DNA of 64,000 nt, from positions 1,728,001 to 1,792,000 of the forward strand of contig OY843592.1 of NCBI GenBank assembly GCA_963692865.2. The letters are read 5' to 3'. Both the position numbers and the translations under genes were made by a program. Below the pieces are notes generated by a model. The model had not been told where the DNA came from, made no database searches, and was given only the letters and a program-made list of their open reading frames with translations. Of this stretch, positions 17,817 to 26,970 are shown in pieces. The stretch's first letter is position 1. Each line of letters starts with the position of its first letter. This stretch comes from a bacterium. GTDB taxonomy: Bacteria > UBA8248.

Positions 17817-19906
17817 TATCCGCTCACCTCGATGACGATGTGGCCGCCCGCGTCTTTCCTGAAACGCGCGTCTTGAGGGACCACGATGGTGGATTCACGC
17901 TCCTCGACGATGGCGGGGCCGTTGAATTCCCGCCCGCCCGGCAGCGAATACCGGTGGTATACGCGCGCCTTCTGGAATCCGCCTTCGGGGCCGAAATATA
18001 TTTTTCTCGATCCCTTCTCAAAATCGCTGTCATCCGGGAGCGGCGCGACGTCCATGCCGCCCGGCGCAGGCCCCAGCATCGTCAGCCGCCATGCGGCCGC
18101 CTCCGCCGCCACGTTCTCGATTTTCCGCAGATACCGCCGCTCATAGGCGCGCTCGAAGGACTCCTGCATATTTGCGCTATCTCGTACCGGCATCCCTCCC
18201 TCCTCGGGGAGTGGGACGCTCACCGTATCCGTCTGCCCCCGGTAGCGCATGTCGGCCGCGCACAGAAACTCCCAGCGCCCGTCCACGTCGAGCCCCTCAC
18301 CCAGGGTATCTTTCATCGGAGCTGCCATCTCCCGGTAAAGCGCCTCGACGCGCGCCCAGTCCACCGCATCCACGTCGGACACCAGGACGCGGACGGCGTC
18401 CGCCCTCGGCCGCGCCGCCAGGAGACCGGCGGCCGAGGCCACGCCCACGTCCGGCGGGCAGACGACCCGGCGGATGTAGAGTTTGCGCGCCATGTGGCAG
18501 GCATGAAGCGGCGCGGCGCCGCCCGTGGCGATCAGGGCGTAGTTCCTGGGGTCGCCTCCCTTCTCGGCGATGTGGACTCGCGCGGCGCTCGCCATCTGCT
18601 CGGTGATGATCTCGTAAATCCCCCACGCCGCATCCTCTACGCTCATGTCCAGCTCCCCGGCCAGAGACGAGACGGCTTCGCGCGCTTTGTCGGTGTCTAA
18701 TTGCATCGCGCCGCCCAGGAAGAAATCGGGATTGAGATAGCCCAGGAGCAGATTCGCATCCGTGACGGTGGGCTGCGCCCCTCCCTGAGCGTAGCAGGCG
18801 GGCCCCGGGGTCGCTCCGGCGCTCTGCGGGCCGACGCGAATCAGCCCCAGGTCGCTTATCTGCGCGATGCTGCCGCCGCCCGCGCCGATCTCGACCAGGT
18901 CCACCGTGGGCGAGAGGATGGGCAGGCCGCTTCCTTTCTGGAACCTGGAAGTCCGCGCCACCTCGAAGCGGTTCTCCGTCGCGGGTTCGCCGTCCTCGAT
19001 CAGGCATATCTTGGCCGTCGTCCCGCCCATGTCGAACCCCAGGGCGTGGGCCTCGCCCAGGGAGCGGGCGATTTGCGCCGCCGCGAGCGCGCCGCCCGCA
19101 GGCCCCGATTCGATGATGCGCACCGGATGCTCCCGCACGCCCTCGACCGCCGCGAAGCCCGAATTGGAGAGCATGATGAACAGATCGCCGGAAAAACCTG
19201 AATCCCGCAGGCTCGCAAGCAGGCGCGCCAGGTACGCATCGGCGATGGGCCGCACGTAGGCGTTCGCCGCCGTGGTGGACGCGCGCTCGTACTCGCCCGT
19301 CTCGGGGGCCACGGCGGATGAGATGGAAACGGGCGTATCCTCCGCGATTTCCTCGATGGCCGCCCGGGCCGCCCTTTCGTTTGCAGGATTCACGGGCGCG
19401 TGGAGAAACGAGACGGCGATGGATTCCGCCCCCATTTGAATGAGCCTTTCCGCCTCGCGCTTCACGGCTTCTGCGTCTATGGGGACCACCACCTCGCCAT
19501 CCACGTGGACGCGCTCGGGGACCTCGGCCCGCAACTCCCGCGGGATCAGGGGTTCGGGCATCTCCTGGTGCAGGTCGTAGAGGTCGAAGCGCTTCTCGCG
19601 CCCAATCTCGATGACGTCCGAAAACCCCCCCGTGGTGATGAGGCCCGTGCGCGCGCCTTTTCTCTCGATGAGGGCGTTGGTGATGAGGGTCGTGGCGTGC
19701 ACGATGCTCGCCAGATCGGATGCGTCGACACCCGCGGATTCGAGTATTTTCCTGAAACCCGCCAGCGTGCCCTCGGCGGGGTCATCGGGCGTTGTCAGCA
19801 CCTTGGCGATATGGACCGCGCCTCGCGCCTCATCAACCAGCACGAGGTCGGTGAACGTGCCCCCGATGTCTACGCCCAGGCGGATTTGCGTGTCCTTATC
19901 CATCAT
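17816..19906 (-). CDS. Hydantoinase A/oxoprolinase family protein
   Basis: GVDIGGTFTD, ESGPAGG, FDMGGTTAK, EIGAGGGSIA, PTVTDA; start moved to the ATG at 19906/19903. Confidence 0.93.
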   Translation of the reverse strand: MMDKDTQIRLGVDIGGTFTDLVLVDEARGAVHIAKVLTTPDDPAEGTLAGFRKILESAGVDASDLASIVHATTLITNALIERKGARTGLITTGGFSDVIEIGREKRFDLYDLHQEMPEPLIPRELRAEVPERVHVDGEVVVPIDAEAVKREAERLIQMGAESIAVSFLHAPVNPANERAARAAIEEIAEDTPVSISSAVAPETGEYERASTTAANAYVRPIADAYLARLLASLRDSGFSGDLFIMLSNSGFAAVEGVREHPVRIIESGPAGGALAAAQIARSLGEAHALGFDMGGTTAKICLIEDGEPATENRFEVARTSRFQKGSGLPILSPTVDLVEIGAGGGSIAQISDLGLIRVGPQSAGATPGPACYAQGGAQPTVTDANLLLGYLNPDFFLGGAMQLDTDKAREAVSSLAGELDMSVEDAAWGIYEIITEQMASAARVHIAEKGGDPRNYALIATGGAAPLHACHMARKLYIRRVVCPPDVGVASAAGLLAARPRADAVRVLVSDVDAVDWARVEALYREMAAPMKDTLGEGLDVDGRWEFLCAADMRYRGQTDTVSVPLPEEGGMPVRDSANMQESFERAYERRYLRKIENVAAEAAAWRLTMLGPAPGGMDVAPLPDDSDFEKGSRKIYFGPEGGFQKARVYHRYSLPGGREFNGPAIVEERESTIVVPQDARFRKDAGGHIVIEVSG

Positions 19907-20868
19907 TCCGCGTTCAGGAGAATCTCGCCGTCTTTGATGACGGCATCGCCGTCGAACCAGACCGAGGGCGCCCGGATGACGGCGTCGAAGTGGGTCTTGG
20001 CCTGCACGTCGCCGCCGAGGTTGGCGGAGGTTCCGATTCCGATGTGGATGGTGCCGTTCACGCCCTCGTCGTTCAGCATCTCGCCCGTGAAATCCTTGCA
20101 TTCGGGATTGAGGCCCATCGCGAACTGCGCGACGTTGTAGACCCATTCATCGTCCTGCGCGGCCAGAAGAGTTCTGAGGAATTCCGCCTGCCGTCCGCCG
20201 GTTATCTCCCGCACGAAGCCGTTCGTAATCCTGAAAGTCACAGGCTCCTCGACCACGCCCACGCCGTAATAGGGAATGCTGCCGTCCACTACGAGGGCGC
20301 CGCTCGTCGTCCCCTCCACGGGCGATGTGTTGGCCTCGATGTTGGGAACGGCGGTGAAGCCGGCGCCGTCGAGCACGCAGGCGTGGCTGTTGCCCGCGCG
20401 TCCCTCGACGCTGAGCACAAGTTCGGTGCCCGCCGGGTTGGTTACGCGCACCTCGCGCGCCGCGCTCAGGCGCGCCGCCAGGGCGTCGCAAAGGGGTTTT
20501 CTGGCCCTGAAATCCGCCATCAGCCCGCCGCGCTCCATCTGGCCGGGCGTGAACGCCGTCATCGAGAGCACGCGCGCGCCCGCGCCTATCGCCTCCCTCG
20601 TCGCCCGCGTATGGGCGAGGGCGTGGGTGACGGGCAGGAAAACCACGTCGGAGGCCCGCATGGCCCCGGCCACGGCGCGCGGGGGCTCCTCGTTGTCTAT
20701 CTTTCTGGCCGGGCATACGACTATCGTGGCCCTCGCGCCGCGTTCGCCCGCCTCATCGCATAGGGCCTGCGCGATGGGGAGGCGTTCCGCGTCGGTGACG
20801 ATGAGAACGTCTTCGCCTTCCTTCACGCCGGCGCAATCTCCAACCAGAATTTTCGCGCCCTTTTTCAC
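19903..20868 (-). CDS. M29 aminopeptidase-like / NicX-like metalloprotein
   Basis: GE.VLIVTD, V....GT.L, G..VVDG, G.IHIGIG, HFD; GTG start at 20868 with AAGGA upstream is inferred. Confidence 0.75.
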   Translation of the reverse strand: MKKGAKILVGDCAGVKEGEDVLIVTDAERLPIAQALCDEAGERGARATIVVCPARKIDNEEPPRAVAGAMRASDVVFLPVTHALAHTRATREAIGAGARVLSMTAFTPGQMERGGLMADFRARKPLCDALAARLSAAREVRVTNPAGTELVLSVEGRAGNSHACVLDGAGFTAVPNIEANTSPVEGTTSGALVVDGSIPYYGVGVVEEPVTFRITNGFVREITGGRQAEFLRTLLAAQDDEWVYNVAQFAMGLNPECKDFTGEMLNDEGVNGTIHIGIGTSANLGGDVQAKTHFDAVIRAPSVWFDGDAVIKDGEILLNAE

Positions 20869-20920
20869 CGAACTGTCCTTCGTTGTGAATACATGATCGC
20901 GAAACGAAGTCCGCACGCAT

Positions 20921-21178
20921 GGGGTTGTTGACAAACCCCCTTCTTTCTCGGAATTCACCACTCCCGTCATTTCGGCGTCATTGCCGTTTCTGTTGTAGGG
21001 GCCGCATATATGCGGCCCTCCCCGTTCGTGGCATGCGGGTCGCATATATGCGACCCCTACACTCCCTACGGCAAGGTGATATCCTGTCGCCGTCATACCG
21101 GAAATTGCGGGACTTTTTAATAACCCCTCAAGGGGGGAGTGGTTTGGCCCGACCCGCCAGGGCTTTTTCAACAACCCC
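20921..21178. mobile_element. Family-E MITE-like cassette with GCAT flanking duplication
   Basis: GCAT|GGGGTTGTTGACAAA ... TTTTTCAACAACCCC|GCAT; 20921-21127 is an inverted homolog of 42904-43115. Confidence 0.75.
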
Positions 21179-21294
21179 GCATCCCCCGTCTGCGGCGTTT
21201 CGAAACCGCGCCCAGGCTATGAATGCGCCTTTGCGCTACGGAGTCCGCCCGTATAAAAGTAGGAATCTACACCACGGAGATAGCCGAGGCGAGT

Positions 21295-22014
21295 ATGATC
21301 GAGGAAAATCGCGCCGTTCAGGAATCGAGGCTCAGCCGAGAGCGACTGATGGACATCTACGAGCGCCTGTATGCGCGCTTCGGGCCGCAGGACTGGTGGC
21401 CCGGCGAGACGACGCTCGAGATATGCCTGGGCGCCATTCTCGTTCAGAACACCTCGTGGGCGAACGCGGCGCGCGCCATCGAGAACCTGAAACGAGAAGG
21501 CCTCCTCTCGGAGAACGCGCTCAAGAAGGCGCGAGTAGACCGCCTCGCCCGCCTCATCCGGCCCGCGCGGTTTTTCAACATGAAGGCGAGAAGAATCAAA
21601 GGATTCGTCGACTACCTCACGAAACATTTCGAGGGAGACGTGGGCAATTTCCTGGGCCTGCCGACGGGAGAGCTGCACGAGGAGTTGATGGGCCTGGACG
21701 GCGTGGGGCGCGAGACGGCCGATTCCATCACGCTCTACGCCGCAGAGAGGCCCGCCTTCGTGGTGGACGCCTACACGAAGCGCATTTTCTCACGGCTCGG
21801 GCATTTCGAGGCGTCGAAGAACGGGGAGAAGGACTACCTCGCCTTGCAGGAGCGCATTACGGCGCACCTGCCCCGCGACACGGCGCTTTTCAACGAATAC
21901 CACGCCCTGCTCGTGCGCCTGGGGCACACCTTCTGCCGCCCCACGCCCAAATGCGGCGAATGCCCGCTCCGCGCGGTCTGTCCGTACCCCTGGGACGCCG
22001 TGCGCCGGAAATGA
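21295..22014 (+). CDS. Endonuclease III-related HhH-GPD DNA glycosylase
   Basis: GPQ.WWP, GAILVQNT.W, G.G.ETADSI.LYA, FVVDAYT.RI, C-x6-C-x2-C-x5-C FeS motif. Confidence 0.92.
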   Translation: MIEENRAVQESRLSRERLMDIYERLYARFGPQDWWPGETTLEICLGAILVQNTSWANAARAIENLKREGLLSENALKKARVDRLARLIRPARFFNMKARRIKGFVDYLTKHFEGDVGNFLGLPTGELHEELMGLDGVGRETADSITLYAAERPAFVVDAYTKRIFSRLGHFEASKNGEKDYLALQERITAHLPRDTALFNEYHALLVRLGHTFCRPTPKCGECPLRAVCPYPWDAVRRK

Positions 22015-22246
22015 CTGGAAAAGCGAAAAATCACTCCCCTTGAGAATCGGACTTCCCGTGAGGAAAGCCCGAAATCGCGCCGGTTGGGGGTCGGTTCCGA
22101 CTGGAAGAGAATGCCGTCCAGGTATGCGTTGGACTTGGGGGAGGAATGAAACTTCTGCGGTGAGGGCGAAAGCCGCCTCGTCGTGGTAAGGTGGCGTTTC
22201 ATCAGACAGGTAGTAACGATATGAAATTCTCACAGTTGGAACGGAG

Positions 22247-23677
22247 GTGGAAATGAGCGCCGATGGACTGAATTTTCTCTCAATATATGAACTCGCCCAG
22301 CAAATCGAGGGCAAGGAAATCTCCCCGCGCGAGGTGGTGGACGCGCATTTGCGCCAAATCGAGGCCCTGAACCCCGAACTCAACGCGTTCATCACCGTAT
22401 GCGCGGACGATGCCCGTGAGGACGCGGCAAAGGCGGAAAGCGAGATTCAGGGCGGCCGCTACCGGGGGCCTTTGCACGGCGTGCCGGTCGGCATCAAGGA
22501 CATCATCGATACCGCCGGCGTCCTCACGACGCAGGGGTCGAGCTTTTTCCCGGATAACGTCCCGGCGGAGGACGCCGTGTGCGTGAGTAAGCTGAAAGAA
22601 GCGGGCGCCGTCATCGTCGGCAAATGCAACACGCACGAGTTCGCGGCGGGCTCCACCACGGTGAACCCCCACTACGGCCCGGCGCGCAACCCCTGGAATC
22701 CCGAGCGGGTCTCGGGCGGTTCGAGCGGCGGTTCGGGCGCGGCGGTGGCGGCCTATATGTGTCCGGGCGCCGTGGGAACCGACACGGGCGGCTCCATCCG
22801 GGGCCCCGCGAGCGCATGCGGGACGATGGGCCTGAAACCCACCTACGGGCGCGTGAGCCTGCGCGGCATTTTCCCGAACTCTACGACCCTCGACCATGCA
22901 GGGCCCCTCGCGCGAACGGCGCGCGATTGCGGCCTCATGCTACAGGTCATGGCGGGCTACGACCCGGCGGACCCGGGCTCCAGGGACCGCGAAACGCCCG
23001 ATTTCTGCGCCCTGATAGGCGAGGGCGTCGAGGGAATGCGATTCGGCGTCTGCGAGGACCTCTATCTCCCGGAAAACGACGCTTCGGTGCAGAAAGGCTT
23101 CGAGGATGCGATGGAGACCATGAAGGCTCTGGGCGGCGTGGTCGTTCATGTGCGCTATCCGAACGCCGAACGGATGAGAGAGGCGCGGCGCATCATCGCC
23201 AGCGCCGAACTGGCGTCGGTTCACCGCGAGCGCTTCGACGAGCACCCCGAGATGTTCGGCGACGACGTCCGCGAGCGCCTGGAGGTATCGAGCCGCGTGA
23301 CGCTGGATGAATACGCGCTCGCCATGAAAGAACGGCGCACGCTCACCCGCGAAATGGAAAAAGTGTTCGATGAGATCGATATATTCCTGGCGCCCGGCTA
23401 TCCCTGCCCCGCGGGACCCGTTGCGACGGAGACGGGAACGGTGAACGGGAAGGAGTTCTCCTTCACGGGCCTCGGCAGACCGCAGACGGGCCCGTACAAC
23501 CTCTTCGGTTTCCCGACCATGGCGGCGCCTTCGGGCTTCAGCGCGGACGGCCTGCCCGTGTCGGTGCAGATCGTGGGGCCGCCCTGGGAGGAGGCCCGCG
23601 TGCTGCAGGTCTCCCATGCGTTCGAGGAAGCCATTCCGGAGGTCCGGAACAAGAAGCCGCCCATGTTCGGCGGGTGA
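22247..23677 (+). CDS. Amidase signature family protein (GatA-like)
   Basis: GPLHGVPVGIKD, GGSSGGS, GTDTGGSIR. Confidence 0.93.
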   Translation: MEMSADGLNFLSIYELAQQIEGKEISPREVVDAHLRQIEALNPELNAFITVCADDAREDAAKAESEIQGGRYRGPLHGVPVGIKDIIDTAGVLTTQGSSFFPDNVPAEDAVCVSKLKEAGAVIVGKCNTHEFAAGSTTVNPHYGPARNPWNPERVSGGSSGGSGAAVAAYMCPGAVGTDTGGSIRGPASACGTMGLKPTYGRVSLRGIFPNSTTLDHAGPLARTARDCGLMLQVMAGYDPADPGSRDRETPDFCALIGEGVEGMRFGVCEDLYLPENDASVQKGFEDAMETMKALGGVVVHVRYPNAERMREARRIIASAELASVHRERFDEHPEMFGDDVRERLEVSSRVTLDEYALAMKERRTLTREMEKVFDEIDIFLAPGYPCPAGPVATETGTVNGKEFSFTGLGRPQTGPYNLFGFPTMAAPSGFSADGLPVSVQIVGPPWEEARVLQVSHAFEEAIPEVRNKKPPMFGG

Positions 23678-23761
23678 TTTGTCCGATCATTTTCTTAGGG
23701 AATTATATACATGACTCGACAATTGGATTCCGGGCTTTGGATTTGAAAAGGAACGATGTAA

Positions 23762-23935
23762 TCACTCCCCCCTTGAGGGTCGGGCATCCCGAGGGGAATG
23801 CCCGACGGTGAAGCCGAGCGGTTTGTGCGAAGGCTGAACCGGTGGGGGGTATGCTTCTAAAATAACAGCTCCCCCCACCAGCGCGACTTCGGGCTTCGCC
23901 CTCGTCTTGCTGACTCCCCCTCAAGGGGGGAGTGA
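23762..23935. repeat. Family C repeat unit
   Basis: TCACTCCCCCCTTGAGGG ... CCCTCAAGGGGGGAGTGA terminal inverted arms with internal hairpins. Confidence 0.88.
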
Positions 23936-24074
23936 GAAAAACCCAAGCATGAGGGAGTGGTTTTCGAGAGGGAATTATGAATTCAACTGCTAGATTCTTT
24001 ATGAATTGACCACTCAAAAGAAGTTGTCAATTCAAGTATATAATTCCCTTTTCTTATTATGAGGGTATAGAGAC

Positions 24075-24923
24075 ATGACGCAAACCGATAACTCCGCGCT
24101 CGTTTCGGGGGCGTGGCTCGCAGAACGCCTGGGCAGTCCGAATCTCCACGTCATCGAGGTTTCCTCCGCGAGCGACGACGCCTCCTACCGCGAAGCCCAC
24201 GTGCCGGGCGCGCACTGGTGGTTCTGGAAAGGGGCGCTCTGGCACGAGACGGACCGCGCGTTCGCCGCGCCCGAGGCACTGGCAGAGCGTCTGGGCGGGA
24301 TGGGAATCGGGCCGGATGATGAAATCGTCTTGTACGGCGATCCGGTGCAGTTCGGCACCTACGCCTTCTGGGTGCTCAAGATGGCGGGTTTTCAGAACCT
24401 GAAGCTGCTGGACGGGTCCAAGAAAAGGTGGATTGCCGACGGGATGCCCGTCTCGAGCGATGCGCCGAGTACTACCGCCGTCGCCCACCCCGCGCCGGAT
24501 GGAGGAGAGATCTTGGGCGTGGGCAGGGACGACATCCGCAGGAAACTCGGAGAACCGGGCAGGGTGCTGCTCGACGTGCGCTCGCCCGAGGAATACAGGG
24601 GCGAGCGGGTGATGCCGCCTCCCGGTTTCGACCACGGGGCCGAGCGCGCGGGCCGCATACCGGGGGCCGCGCACCTGTTCTTCCGGGAACTACTGAACGA
24701 GGACGACACTTATAAAGACAAGGAGGAGCTTGCGCGGATTCTCGGTGCTGCTGCCGCCGCGCCCGATGACGAGATCGAACTCGTCCTCTACTGACGCCTC
24801 AGCCACCGGGCCAGTCTGGTCTGGTTCGCCATGCGGTATCTGCTGGGTTATGAAGACGTGAAAATCTACGACGGCTCATGGACGGAATGGGGGAGCATCG
24901 TCGGTTTTCCGATTGAGAAGTGA
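24075..24923 (+). CDS. Two-domain rhodanese/sulfurtransferase (SseA-like), probable selenoprotein (Sec at TGA 24792-24794)
   Basis: Read-through gives ..[47 protein letters not shown], restoring the active-site loop and the C-terminal YDGSW.EW signature. Confidence 0.85.
24805..24825 (+). promoter_or_regulatory. Candidate bacterial SECIS hairpin
   Basis: ACCGGGCCA-GTC-TGGTCTGGT: 9-bp stem with G-U pairs; apical loop starts with G, 19 nt after the UGA. Confidence 0.6.
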
Positions 24924-24942
24924 AGGAATCTCGTAAATCGGC

Positions 24943-25332
24943 GTAGGGACAACCCCCTGTAGTTGTCCTGCGTTCGGACAGGCACGGGGCGAGGTTGTTG
25001 AAAAAGTCTTGGAAAGCGATTTTGAGTTTCACGCCCGCTTTTGACGTTCACTCCCCCCTTGAGGGTCGGTCTCCCTCGGGGAAGACCGACGGTGAGCTAA
25101 GGGCATATGCCCGCAAGCGAACCGGTGAGGGGTATAATTGAAATTGCACGATAAAACACGATTTACCCCCCACCGCATCAGCCTTCGCACAAACCGCTCG
25201 GCTTCTGCGTTGGGCTTTCCCCTCGGGAAGCCCAACCCTCAAGGGGGGAGTGGTTCTTCTCTCTCATCTGTTGATTCTAAACGCCAAACCACGAAATAGA
25301 GGGTTTTTCAACAACCCCACGCCTGTCCCTAC
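24943..25332. repeat. Nested repeat: family B hairpin interrupted by an E cassette (24991-25318) that contains a C unit (25049-25252)
   Basis: GGACAGGCACGGGGC | E cassette | ACGCCTGTCCCTAC; compare the intact hairpin at 45453-45479. Confidence 0.8.
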
Positions 25333-25365
25333 GATATGCTCGTGGCGTGGGGCAAAGACGGAAGA

Positions 25366-26346
25366 TCATTTCACGGGATAGAGCGGCTCCTCCCCCCGCA
25401 GGACGCGCAACACGTCCGTCGCCGCCTTTCGCCTCATGTCCTCGAGAGCCGCCGTGCTGTACCACGCGCTGTGCGGCGTGACGCGGCAGTTGGGGAGGGC
25501 GAGCAGCGGGTGATTCGGCGGGGGAGGTTCTTCTTCGAGCACGTCGAGGCCCGCGCCCCGGATGGCGTTTCTCTTGAGCGCGGCGGCCAGCGCCCGCTCG
25601 TCCACCAGTTCGCCGCGCGCCACGTTGATCAAAACGGCGCTCGACTTCATCCGTTCGAGCGCTCCGGCGTTCACCATGCCCCGGGTTTCGGGCGTCAGGG
25701 GCGCGTGCAGGGAGACGTAGTCCGCCTCCTCCCAAATCCGGGCGAGCGCCGCGTTCTCGGCCCCCGGTTTCTCGAATGCGGATTCGGGCACGAAAGGATC
25801 GTGCGCGATGACGCGCATCCCGAAGGCGCGCGCCTTCTCCGCCAGGGCCGCGCCGATCCTCCCGATTCCCACCACGCCCAGCGTCGCGCCCCGAAGCGGG
25901 GCGATGGGCCGAAGCGCGGCGATCCCCCAGCCGCCTTTTTCGACTTCCGCGATACCTTGCTCCAGTTTTCTGGCGAAGTAGAGGATGAGCGCCATGGCGT
26001 GATCCGATACTTCATCGACGCAGTAATCGGGCACGCAGGTGACCAGAATGCCCTTTTTTCTTGCGGCCTCCAGGTCGATGTTGTCCACGCCCACGCCGCC
26101 GCGCGCGAGAATCTTGCAGCGTCTTAGCTTGGCGATGACGTCTACCGTGAAGGCAGGAATCGAACCGATGATGACGCTTTCCGCCTCCCGGCAGAGTTCG
26201 ACCAGGGATTCAGCGTCCGCTCCCATCCCCAGACGAAGGCGGGAACCCAGAGGCGAGAGGATTTCCTCCTCGACCGTGGGGGGGCCGAAGCGCGTTCCGG
26301 CGACGGCGATGAGCGGGCCGTCTTTTGCGGGTGGACTCAATACCAT
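25366..26346 (-). CDS. D-isomer specific 2-hydroxyacid dehydrogenase (CtBP/SerA-like)
   Basis: GVGVDNID, VPDYC..EVSDHA, GIGRIG, IN.ARG..VDE, TPH.AWYS. Confidence 0.92.
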   Translation of the reverse strand: MVLSPPAKDGPLIAVAGTRFGPPTVEEEILSPLGSRLRLGMGADAESLVELCREAESVIIGSIPAFTVDVIAKLRRCKILARGGVGVDNIDLEAARKKGILVTCVPDYCVDEVSDHAMALILYFARKLEQGIAEVEKGGWGIAALRPIAPLRGATLGVVGIGRIGAALAEKARAFGMRVIAHDPFVPESAFEKPGAENAALARIWEEADYVSLHAPLTPETRGMVNAGALERMKSSAVLINVARGELVDERALAAALKRNAIRGAGLDVLEEEPPPPNHPLLALPNCRVTPHSAWYSTAALEDMRRKAATDVLRVLRGEEPLYPVK

Positions 26347-26409
26347 GGCTTCTCCCGAGTTCCCCGTTTCCGGAGGGTGAGGTGTATGAATAGTCGCCTG
26401 AACGCAGAT

Positions 26410-26443
26410 AAAAAAACACCGCGGCTTGACGGCCGCGGTGTTT
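26410..26443 (-). terminator. Intrinsic terminator of the ferredoxin gene
   Basis: Minus strand AAACACCGCGGC-loop-GCCGCGGTG followed by a T-run, just after the stop codon. Confidence 0.8.
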
Positions 26444-26460
26444 GAATCGGCATGGCGGAA

Positions 26461-26772
26461 CTAGCGCAACGTGTTGTCTGCTCTTCGCGGCGGGTCGTTC
26501 GCCGGGCGCGGCTCGACCGGCTCGTTGTTCTTGAATTCCTCGGTGAGTTCCGCGTTGATTTCCGCCCATACGGGGTCGTCGTCTTCACTCTCCAGAATGG
26601 CGTCGATTGGGCATTCCGGCTGGCAGACGCCGCAGTCGATGCACTCCTCGGGGTCGATGATCAGGAAGGGTTCCCCTTTGTACTCGCCTGGGTGCATGCA
26701 GTCCACGGGACACACGCTCACGCACGTCGCATAGCGTTCGCCCAGGCATTTTTCCCCGATGACAAATGTCAT
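26461..26772 (-). CDS. Ferredoxin (7Fe FdxA-type)
   Basis: C..C.SVCPVDC and PEECIDCGVCQPECP. Confidence 0.9.
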   Translation of the reverse strand: MTFVIGEKCLGERYATCVSVCPVDCMHPGEYKGEPFLIIDPEECIDCGVCQPECPIDAILESEDDDPVWAEINAELTEEFKNNEPVEPRPANDPPRRADNTLR

Positions 26773-26970
26773 GGATCATTCCCTCCTACGGATGATGAAG
26801 ATTCTTCCGATTTGAACCCCGAGGGAACGACCCTCTGGTGATTCACGTTTATTGAACTTAAATCCACCTGGAAACACCAAAAACAAGGCGATGCTATCAG
26901 ATGCGCCTTGAGAAAAGCAAGGGATGAAACACACAAAATCGAGATTCTTTTGCCCGGGGGCGAGGTTTTT

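Noticed and set aside
17816-20146. 776-aa version of hydantoinase A
   Set aside because: The extension overlaps the upstream gene in another frame; family similarity starts at MMDKDTQIRLGVD.
20869-21174. N-terminal extension of the M29-like ORF
   Set aside because: It runs through a repeat cassette; the GTG at 20868 with an RBS is more plausible.
24075-24794. Rhodanese as a truncated pseudogene
   Set aside because: The stop falls exactly on the catalytic residue, the downstream frame is intact and a SECIS-like hairpin follows; Sec is the better explanation, though unproven.
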